This document shows, one piece after another, positions 23,644 through 33,368 of a stretch of DNA of 64,000 bases (positions are counted from its first letter, which is position 1; every line of letters begins with the position of its first letter). This stretch comes from Podarcis pityusensis (lineage: Eukaryota): NCBI GenBank assembly GCA_964106645.2, contig OZ067050.1; one strand, written 5' to 3'. The notes below the pieces were generated by a model. That model was not told the origin of the DNA and did no database searches. It saw only the letters and a list, made by a program, of their open reading frames with translations. The position numbers and the translations under genes are program-made.

Positions 23644-25767
23644 ATGCCAGTATTCATTCTCCTGAGCCTCCTCCTCCGTGATGTTGTATCTGGTAGTCCA
23701 GGTAAGGTCACAAAAGGGGCTAGCTGTTACTGCATTTTGCATCTGGAGAATTAAAAGAAATGTTGTGATAATTTGCAAGGAGGAGGAGCAGAGAGATAGA
23801 GAGAGAGTGTGAGTGAGTGTGTGTGTGTGTGTGTGTGTGTGAGTGTGTGTGTGTGTGTGAGTGAGTGAGTGTGTGTGTGTGTGTTGGCTGCAAGGCTGGA
23901 CTAAGGCTGTGCGTATGCCTTTAAATCTCATTTGAAGCCCATTCTTTCCTTCAAAGAATTCTGGGCCCTGTAGTTTATCCCTCACAGCAATGCAATTCCA
24001 AGCAACCCTTAACAAACTACAGGACCCAGAATTCTTTGAGGCAAAGAATGGGCTTCCAAGGGATAGCATGCACACAGCTTAAAAGAAGCAACAGCCTGTG
24101 CCGCTAGGTTGGAAAAGATTCAGAAAACAGCAAGCAAATTTATCCAGGGGATGAAGTGAAAGGTTGTAGCTTCTGGGACTTTTGAGTTTAGAGAAAAGGG
24201 TTGATAATGGATTAAATCAACCTGCCTTTTAATTCGTGAACCTGTTGCTCATCCCCCTTTGTGGATCCAGCCCAGGCAAGTTCCTCGTCTTATTCCGGAG
24301 AATATGGCGGCAGCAGTGGGGAACATTTTGACCAGTCCAGGAATCAGCTGGATGGTCCCATAACAGCTCTGAGGATACAGGCAAACAACAAGTATATACT
24401 GAGGTTTGTATGTCTTTTGGGGTGCTACCTGTGTGTGGCAGATTCAGCAAGGTTAGCAGAGGGGATCTTCAGTGACTGGGGAGCCACAATGTCACTGAAA
24501 ACAGTGGCGCACATGTCTGAGTAGATAGCATGGGTAGGATCAGGGCTCACAAGTAATGCCTCATCTGTATATACAGTGGTGCCCCGCAAGACGAATGCCT
24601 CGCAAGACGGAAAACCCGCAAGACGAAAGGGTTTTCTGTTTTGGAGGCGCTTCGCAAGACGAATTTCCCTATGGGCTTGCATCGCAAGACGAAAGCCCAT
24701 AGGGAAATGCTGGCGGTCGGGAGCAAAGACTTTCGCCCACAGCCGGCCTTCAGAAGAGGACCTCTTCTGAAGGCCGGCGGGGGGCAAAAGTCTTTGCTCC
24801 CCCCCCGCCTGCCTTCCCCCCCGCCTGCCCCGGGCGATCTTAAAATGCTGGCGGGCGGGAGCGAAGCACTCGCTGCCGACCCCCAGCATTTTAAAATCTC
24901 CCCGGGACAGCAGAGAAGTCTCTGCTGTCCCGGGGAGATTTTAAAATGCTGGGGGTCGGGAGCGAAGCGTTCACTGCCGACCCCCAGCATTTTAAAATCT
25001 CCCCCTGTCCCGGGGAGATTTTAAAATGCTGGGGGTCGGGAGCGAAGCGTTCACTGCCGACCCCCAGCATTTTAAAATCTCCCCCTGTCCCGGGGAGATT
25101 TTAAAATGCTGGGGGTCGGGAGCGAAGCGTTCACTGCCGACCCCCAGCATTTAAAAATCTCCCCGGGACAGCAGAGAAGTCTCTGCTGTCCCGGGGAGAT
25201 TTTTAAATGCTGGGGGTCGGCAGCGAACGCTTCGCTCCCGACCCCCCAGCATTTTAAAACGCTGTTCCGAAGCGGGGCGGGGGGGGCGGGAACACCTGCC
25301 CCAGCCGCCCCACTTTGGAACGCTGCTCCGAAGCGGGGCGGGGGGCGGGAACACCTTCTGAAGGCGGGCGGGGGGCGAAAGTCTTTGTCCCCCCTGCCTG
25401 CCTTCCCAGGGGCTTTTAAATCGCCCCGGACAGCGGAGAAGTCCTCCGCTGTCCGGGGCGATTTTAAAATGCCGCCCGCCAGCATTTTAATATCGCCCGG
25501 ACAGCGGAGAAGTCCTCCGCTGTCCTGGGGTTTTTTAAAATGCTGGGGGTGGGAAGAAAAGCCCTTGTCCCCCCCCCCAGCCTTCAGAAGAGGTCCGGGG
25601 ACAGACTGTCCCCGGACCTGGTCTGAAGGCGGTTTCCCTAGGAACGCATTGATTGATTTTCAATGCATTCCTATGGGAAACCGTGCATCGCAAGACGAAA
25701 AACTCGCAAGACGAAGAGACTTGCGGAACGAATTAATTTCGTCTTGCGAGGCACCACTGTACAGCAA

Positions 25768-25806
<39 letters not shown>

Positions 25807-26896
25807 GCTGGATAAGGGTGGATAAACCCACATGTGGATAAACCCACAGGATATACAGCAGCTTTTGGCAAATATTTATATCTGACCCAGGCTCAGTTCT
25901 TTGGGTTGTTGGGTGGTGATAGGGCAAAGGCTGTACGGGAAGAGGAGTAGTTCTTGCCACTAGATTTGGGTTGAGCAGAGAACCCAAGCCATAAACAGCA
26001 GGAATGGGGAATTTGATCCAGCCAAGTTTTACAGGGAGGTGGGGGCTACCGACTTGTCAATCGCTTGATATCACAATGATGTCAGGGGACCTGTTTCTAC
26101 TCACCTAGAAGATCAGTTGATTATCAGGATTCTCATAACTCCCTGAAGCGCAGGGGGTACTGCATCCGGCCGGTGGGCGGGACACTTATCTCCCCCACCT
26201 CCTTGTGGGGGGCCACTGAGCTGTCAGTCACCTGACTTCAGATCACAGTGACATCAGGTGACCCATTCACCTGGTTGTCAGGATTTGCGAAGTTCCACAC
26301 ACAGACCTATGCAAGCCCCTGGCTCTCATCTAGTGGAACTGGGCCCAGAAATTCCTGTGCGATTTCCCTGCTGACTGAGAACTGATGATGTACAAATTGC
26401 CTGATATGGTGGTGAAACCTGGGTGGTAATTAAAAGTGGTTGTCCGTTGGTTTCTATCTGAGATGCAGCTGTTAAACACTGTCCCTCAGAAGGTGGCAGC
26501 CTTCACTAACCACAATCCATCCCTTGTCACTGCAGCATCCAGGTTCGCTACGGCGGCATGTGGTCCAGGATTGAAGGGAACCCCTCAGGGAGCCAATCTG
26601 TGATGCCGCTGTTTCCTGGAGAAGGCATCGTGCAAGTCATGGGCCGCTTCGGAAGCTTTGTGGAGTATATTGCCTTCCGCACCAACCTCGGCCGTGTCTT
26701 TGACTACGGGGCTGGCTCTGGTTTGGGGGTCGCCTTCGACGCTGAGCCTTTGTTCCCAAACACCATCCTGCGCTACATCAGCGGCCGCTCAGGGCCTTTG
26801 GTCAGCGCTGTCGGGTTCCACTGGGACAAAGAAGAAGGAATTGGAGGGTGGGATCAATCCACTGGCTCTCCACACACCAAGAATAACAGCCCATAG
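23644..26896 (+). CDS. ZG16-like secreted jacalin-related lectin, 183 aa, 3 coding exons
   Basis: Exons 23644-23701, 24271-24403, 26536-26896; total 552 nt. Signal peptide followed by SSSYSGEYGG...NQLDGPITALRI...IQVRYG...PGEGIVQVMG...PLFPNTILRYISGRSG...VGFHWD, closely resembling ZG16. AATAAA at 26941-26946. Ortholog versus paralog status unresolved. Confidence 0.92.
23795..23885. repeat. (GA)n/(GT)n microsatellite
   Basis: Directly visible in intron 1 of the lectin gene. Confidence 0.9.
24574..25759. mobile_element. pogo-like non-autonomous element (same TIR family as 14883) with a different internal hairpin array
   Basis: TIR CAGTGGTGCCCCGCAAGACGAA / TTCGTCTTGCGAGGCACCACTG, TA TSD; repeated internal TTTTAAAATGCTGGGGGTCGG...CCGACCCCCAGCATTTTAAAA hairpins. 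Confidence 0.9.
25768..25806. repeat. (GAT)n microsatellite
   Basis: Directly visible. Confidence 0.9.
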
Positions 26897-27111
26897 GACA
26901 GAACTCTGATCCATCTGCTTTCAACATCTCCTTGGGTATCAATAAAAGCAGCTGAGTTTTCTTGCCTTCCTCGGGGGGATTATGGGAGAAGGTAAAGCTG
27001 GAAGTCAAGAGAATTGGAAGTGAAGTGGCAGGCAGGTTCATGCTATATCTATCTATATAAATGTGTAGAACACATCAACCAAAAAGGAAGAAGGAAAGAG
27101 GCACCACAATA

Positions 27112-27322
27112 CAGTGGTACCTCCGGTTAAGAATTTAATTCATTCTGGAGGTCCGTTCTTAACCTGAAACTGTTCTTAACCTGAAGCACCAGCTAATGGG
27201 GCCTCTCACTGCCGCTGGGCCGCCGGAGCACGATTTCTGTTCTCATCCTGAAGCAAAGTTCTTAACCCGAGGTACTATTTCTGGATTAGCGGAGTCTGTA
27301 ACCTGAAGCGTATGTACCACTG
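27112..27322. mobile_element. pogo/Tigger-like MITE (~230-bp family)
   Basis: CAGTGGTACCTC...TACCACTG, TA flanks. Confidence 0.85.
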
Positions 27323-27569
27323 TACATACGGTATTTCTCCCTTCTTATAATAGGACCATAATATTCAACATTAGTATCCTATCCATTATGGAACATATTG
27401 TGGTAAATAACGGTCCCTGTTTTTCGTTTCATCCCATTGTGTCCAGCATTGATAGCAGTTGCCAGTCATGTTCCTTATCAGCTACGTACACAATAAAACA
27501 TTGCCAACTCTTATAAAATGTGTCGTTTTAATGGTTTTTCTTAAAGTCTGGTGTTGGTGTTGACCTTTG

Positions 27570-27930
27570 AAGCCCTAAACAGCCCTGGCCCTGTATACCT
27601 GAAGGAGCATCTCCAAGCTCATTGTTTGAGGGGGGGGGGAGGTAACTGAACATGATTGACAGAGACCACCAGAGCCCAGGTGGCATGAGGGCAAGGGGCA
27701 AAAAAAGTGTCTCACTTGCCAGGCAGCCATGGGTGGGTTTCTCCTCCCATTTTGTGAGGGGGTGCAGTATTCCATGCCTGCAGTAGGAACACCCCCTGCC
27801 CCCCACTTCCAGATCTTTGACTTCTGCTGGGAAGGCGTCCCACAGGGCAGGAGCAACTACCGAGAAGGCCCTCTGCCTGGTTCCCTGCGACTTCACATCT
27901 TGCCATGAGGGAACCACCAGAAGGCCCTAA
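27570..27930. mobile_element. L2 LINE fragments in opposite orientations
   Basis: TACCTGAAGGAGCATCTCC (+) and GAGAAGGCCCTCTGCCTGGTTCCCTG (-) match the L2 copies at 39360 and 54145. Confidence 0.55.
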
Positions 27931-28329
27931 GGGTCTGGGCTGGGTGATATGGGTGGGGGGCAGAATGATGATGGAGCTGTTGTGTGCCACAAAACCTGCC
28001 CTCTGCCCCCTAAGCGGAGCCTGCTACCCTCAGGCATGCTGTCCCCTTGCCAGTCTGGAATGGGTCAGGAAGATGGAAGAGGGAACGAATCAAGTAATCT
28101 GTCACCTCAGGCAGCAAAATAGGTAGAAACTCCACTGGCATGATGCCTGGTTCCTATGTTAGAGAATCGCTTCCAGACAGGAAATTTTGGTGTGGCTTCT
28201 AACTCTTCCCACTTGTCATTTCCCCTCCCAGGAAGGAAAATGAGGGGGAGCGCCCAGCACAGTTTATGGGTTGGCTCGGCTAATAATATCTGCGTAAAAT
28301 GTTTATCAGGGGAAGAGGAGGGGAGATCT

Positions 28330-28462
28330 CTGTTCACTTTCACTTTGCAGGAAAGTTTAAAAGCTGGTTTTTGCGTCCCACCCCCTTCCCATCTCTGACA
28401 CAGCCAGGAGCAAAAGTCTCTGTGAATGAACAGACCTCGGCAGGAAGGGAAAGTGAAAGCTG
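28330..28462 (+). promoter_or_regulatory. IRF-E/ISRE-like elements upstream of the Mab-21 gene
   Basis: TTCACTTTCACTTT at 28333-28346 (reverse complement AAAGTGAAAGTGAA) and GAAAGTGAAAG at 28449-28459, 65-190 bp before the ATG. Confidence 0.6.
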
Positions 28463-28523
28463 AGAAGGGAGGGGAGGCAGGCGAAACAACAGCAGCAGGA
28501 GGAGGATTTCAGAGGGATCCACC

Positions 28524-31500
28524 ATGGCAATGAGCGGGGAGGGGGATCCTCCCGGCCAGCGAGAGGGGATCCTGCAGCAGTTCTACGCCGACAGGGTCTT
28601 CCTGTGCGGGGACAAAGGCTGGAGGGTCGGGAAGAATTTCTTCGTGGTAAAAAGCACGGTGGAGAAGATGGTAAAATGGGCCTATGAATCCAGCACCGGG
28701 CTCTACCCCAACGACCCCATCCCGGTCGGCAGCCACAGGGAAGGGCTGCACCTTCAAGTGGAGGGGAGTTCCAACGGTTTCGACTTCCTCATCCCCGCGA
28801 GGTATAACCCCAAGCTGGCGCTCGTAAGTGGGGGCATCGCCAAGGAGCCTGGCAGCTATGAAAAGAAGCTGCCCACCTACATTTTCCGCGAGCAAGGGCT
28901 GCCCGTGTTTCGCTGGGGCACCAAAGTCCTTGTGGACCTCGAGGCTTTCGGGGAGATGTACGTGGAAGTCCACTGCCACCGGCAAGCGGAGCGACTGGCG
29001 GACGAGGACGACGAGGAAGACCTGGATTTCTTAGATGAGTGCAAGGTAGATTTCGACAGAGCGGCATCATCACCATGGTTATTTTGATGATGATGATTAA
29101 GTAGTTTATATACTACTTCTACTTCAAAAAAGACTTTAAAGCAGTTTAGGACATTAGAAAAGTATCACACATAAGTACAAAAAAAAAGTGAACTAAAAAT
29201 AAGCATTTTGATGTGGTACAAAACAATTAAGTAAAATCCTCATGAAAATCAATATGAACTAGAACTACTATCATACATTATCATTAACTTGGTGGAACTT
29301 CTGAGACCTGAATGTTCAGTGCACATTTTAAGTCAGTTTTCTGATTTGATTGTTTAACTTGATTTATTGGTATTGTGCCTTTTATACTGTGAAGCCACCT
29401 AGAGACGGGCAGAACAATCCAAGCTATGGGAAGCTGGTAAAATTTCCACTGTCTTAACTGATGCCATCTTAAGTTAGGCTGGTGTAGTCTGAGGTTGTGC
29501 TTTATGCTGGCGTGAGCACAGCCAGGGAGTGTGGGTTTTACACTGGTGTAGCCCCCAGCTCAGCTAAGACCCGCTGAATCCACACCTCATCCTCCTGGTG
29601 GATCTGGGGTTTCCATTCTCCAACTCAAGAGGATGCAAAATCCAGTGACCCGCTTTGTTTTCTCTTTGTCCAGGAGAGCCTCAGCCACCACCACCTGGAC
29701 CCTGTCCAAATCTTGGAGGACTTTCACCGACATATAGAAATCGCTTTGGACCCAGGTACAGCCATGGCAGCGCAGGTGGTGTGCTAACATTTCCTTTGGT
29801 CCGAGGGTTGCTTGAGAGAGGGGCAAATTGAACTCCCAAACCTGTAGTTAGTTAGTTAGTTAGTTAGTTAGTCACACACACACACACACACCCTCCCCCC
29901 GTTATAGCATGCTATTCTGTAAACCTCATAATCCGATTCCTCAGATACCTGGACTTACAGGTGCTTTTCCTCTAAGGAGACCTGGCAGCCATCCTAAAGA
30001 AATTCAGGTTGCCGCCTTTGTTCTGAACACGTACCCTATATTTATGCAACAGGCTTAATATCATATCACCACACTGAGATAAGCTGCACCTGTTATAATG
30101 AATTTCCACTTGTCATGTAATTAAAAGCAGAGCAATCCTTTTTAGGAAACAATGATTGAGTAGGGGTTTGGGAGCCTGAATGTCAGGCCATTCGCAATTC
30201 TCCATTAACTTATTTTCTCGAACTTTTCTTTCCTGCCTTCCCAGAGTGCACCCATCCCCGGCAAAATGGTAAGTCCAAAAACATGTAGAAATTATTTTCC
30301 CATTGGAGAAGCCATTTGCAAGGGGGGCTGGATTTGGCCTACGGTTGTTTATTTCCAAATATATAATTGAACTTAGCAGCATTCCTTGAATTTCCCCCTT
30401 GACCATTAGATCCTGTTTTCCGGCAAAAACTCTTCCGTTCCCGTGTACCCAAGATAGACAACTGGATGAGACGTGAGTCTATTTTTGAGACGTATGTTTA
30501 TTGCCGATTCCCTCAAATGTAAAAACATCAGAGTGAGTTCTGTCCTTGCCAACACCTTCCTTCAATAATTGACCGGTCAGATATGAATATATTTTAAAAT
30601 TCCATTGCAAGAGCTCTGTGGACAGAATATGACCTCTTCTGGAGTGGAGGCAGGTAACCAGATCGCAGATCTGCCACCTATCCTTCTGTATAAGGGACAG
30701 ACTTTATACTTAAATAAAAATATTTCTGATCACCTAGCCTTTTAGATTCATGGGAGAGTAACAGGACTGCCTTGCTATTATTTATGTTTGCTTGTGTTTC
30801 TATTACTGTTGTAATGCCATGACTGGTTTACCATTAAGATTTATAGGCTGCACACTGCTGTAGGTATTCCCAAAACCATCAAGAAAGGCACTGAAGAAAT
30901 GAAAAATGCAATAACTTTATTGTTCCTTCCCCTTGATTCCTGGGGGCAATCATGCTTTGTCTGTGCCCTATGCAGAGAACATCACACTGGAGGCCCTGAA
31001 TTTGGAGAGTCCTGCCATCCAGCTGGTTTTCCTTGAAGGGACGGAAACTGTCCCAGTGAAGCTGGTGCCTGCCATCCAGGGAGCCTTCAAGCTCTCCAAC
31101 CAGTGGCTGAGAGAAGACCTGGCCCACCTTTCCGAATGGTGGGATGGGGACCTGGCCAACGAAAAGAAAAGCTTTCTCCGCAAAGCAGCCGTCGTTCAGG
31201 AAGTTGGACCAGAGCTGATAGCCAAGGGAGGATTTTGGAGGTAAAAAAAAGTAAACAAACTTAGCAGCCGAGAAGGAGCAAAGGAACAGTTACCCTCTAG
31301 TGGGAAAGCAGAGTTTGGCATGAATTCAGAAAAGGGGTTTCCCCCCGCAAAAGGCCTCTTGTCTTAAGGCAAGATATGTTAAGCTTCCACTGAAATATCA
31401 AACCTTTCTTTTTAATATAAACCTTTCTTTTTAATACCATCTTATTTCTGTCTCCTGCAGTAACAATAGGAGCTAAGAGGGCTATTAAGAGTTCATCCAA

Positions 31501-32440
31501 CTAAGGAACTGTTTGCTTTCCCATAAACACGGTGTTCTAATGGAGCCATTCTCTCTCTGGGCCCAGACTCTCTTTCAGCCATGCCGAGACTGTGATTCTT
31601 GAGGACGTTGACGCTGATGGCGGGCAGAGGGCGGCAGCTTTGAGACTGCTTAAGTTTGTCAACGTGACAAAATGGACACCAGAGTACGGCAAAATCTTGA
31701 CTTCCTACCATCTCAAGGTGAACCTCCCTATTAAATTCTGCACTGACTGGTGAGATAAAATAACCGAAATGCAATCAGTGCTATCTATTGCCAGGCCAGT
31801 GCTTACCATCCCCTCAGGGGCCTCTTTCACACACTTGGAACCTGATATCAAGGCCCTTATATTTGCTTCTAGTCAAAATGGAGGAAAATGTAGCCAAGGA
31901 GTCAGCAATATGATGCCCTCCACATTCCTTTTTCCCAATCTCCTGAAGCACACCAGAACTGCCCATACTGTTGAACCTCTAAGAGCCACAAAGACCTAAC
32001 ATTTCCCTCCTCTCTTCCTCTTGCAGACCGTTTTGCTGTGGTGCTGTGAAATCTACCCGCAGAAGGAACAGTGGGAGACTCTACTGTCCTGCCTGGAAGC
32101 CCTCCTGAGGCTCCTACGCCATACCCTTGCCAAGAGAAACCTCCCACACTACTTCCTGCAGTCCGTCAACCTCTTCAGCAGGCGCTACAAATCCAGCAGC
32201 TCCACCTATGGCCCCTTGGCCTTGGAGGTCCTGTGCCGTGAGTTCGAAGCAATGCTGGCTGACCCCATGGGATACCTTCTGCCAGATCCTGAACGGCAGG
32301 ACCACTGCGCCAGCAGAGAGTTTGAGGAGAAGATGGCGGACCTCCGGGAGTTTAAAGAAAGTCACCGGGAAGATCTGAAGGAGCTGAAGAGAATGCAGGA
32401 TGAGCATATGTATGAGGAGGTGGAAATATCTGAAGCGTAA
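28524..32440 (+). CDS. Uncharacterised Mab-21/cGAS-like receptor-family protein (C-lobe MAB21L3-like), ~506 aa, 7 coding exons
   Basis: Kozak CCACCATGG. Exons 28524-29045, 29674-29755, 30245-30268, 30410-30472, 30976-31240, 31567-31717, 32027-32440; total 1521 nt in frame, all GT-AG. Motifs GSHREGL...GFDFLIP, SPAIQL, VKLVPAI, WRLSFSHAE, DADGG, LTSYHLKTVLLW, LPHYFLQSVNLF. The two short phase-1 exons are less certain. Confidence 0.9.
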
Positions 32441-33368
32441 AGGCCAAGTCCTGTGTGAAGGACTAGAAATCCAGAAAAGCGTTGTTCCACGCAGCATAGA
32501 ACTGGCCATTCTGCTATAGCTTTCCCACAATACCAGATTCCAGACCTCATGACCACAGAGGTAAAAAACTGAATAGCATTTGGGCAAAGTCAGACGAAAG
32601 ATCACAGAAGGGTGCCATACAGGGAGGACATCTGAACCGCTCCTTGACATTTTTGCCCACCTGCTCCCATCAGCTCCATATGAGTCATTGCGGTGTGATG
32701 GCTTGCCAGGATGAGGAACCTATAGCCTTCCATATGCTGTGGGACTAAAACTTCCAGCACTGCCAATGGTCAGGGATGATGGGAGTTGTAGTCCACCTGC
32801 CTGGAGGGCCCTTGAATCCCTGTCCCCAGGCTTGAGTGCTGGACTGGAGAGACCCAAGTTCAAGTTCTGCCACAAAGCTGAACATTGTGTCAGCCATCGC
32901 CTCTTGGATTCACCCACCTTACACAAGATTTTTGAGAGAAGAAGGGAACTCTGTATGCTTCCTCAAATGAAGGACAGGACAAAGACATAGCAACAAACAT
33001 TCCGAGGGCATCCATATTTCAGTCTTTAAAAAATTGTTTTAATGCATTTAACTCGAAATAGATTTAACAGCTTCTTGCCTGTGATGTAAGGTTTATCCTG
33101 ACTGTGGAATTGGGGGTTGCTAGTTACAATAAACACAGTTCCCAATTCCTTTCATTTTTTACCACAACTTTAAAACCCATGAAGTTCATGCCCAAGCAGG
33201 TCCAGGGGTTTCTTTTTCCTTCGTGAAGAGCCTCCTTTTCCCAACTGACGGTCCAGCTAGCTGTGGCTCAGGCATCCCTGAACGTAGCAGCCTGTCAAGT
33301 GGGGCTGCCTGTCCTGCCCAGGCACTCCTTGAACAGCACCAGTTTATGGAAACGGAATCGTCCGAGCC

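Noticed and set aside
24425-25771. ORFs of 127-221 aa on both strands
   Set aside because: They lie within the palindromic MITE in lectin intron 2.
28524-32440. Calling the Mab-21 gene CGAS or MAB21L3
   Set aside because: It has no zinc thumb or intact triad for cGAS, and its length, insertions and neighbours differ from what I recall of MAB21L3, so no symbol was assigned.
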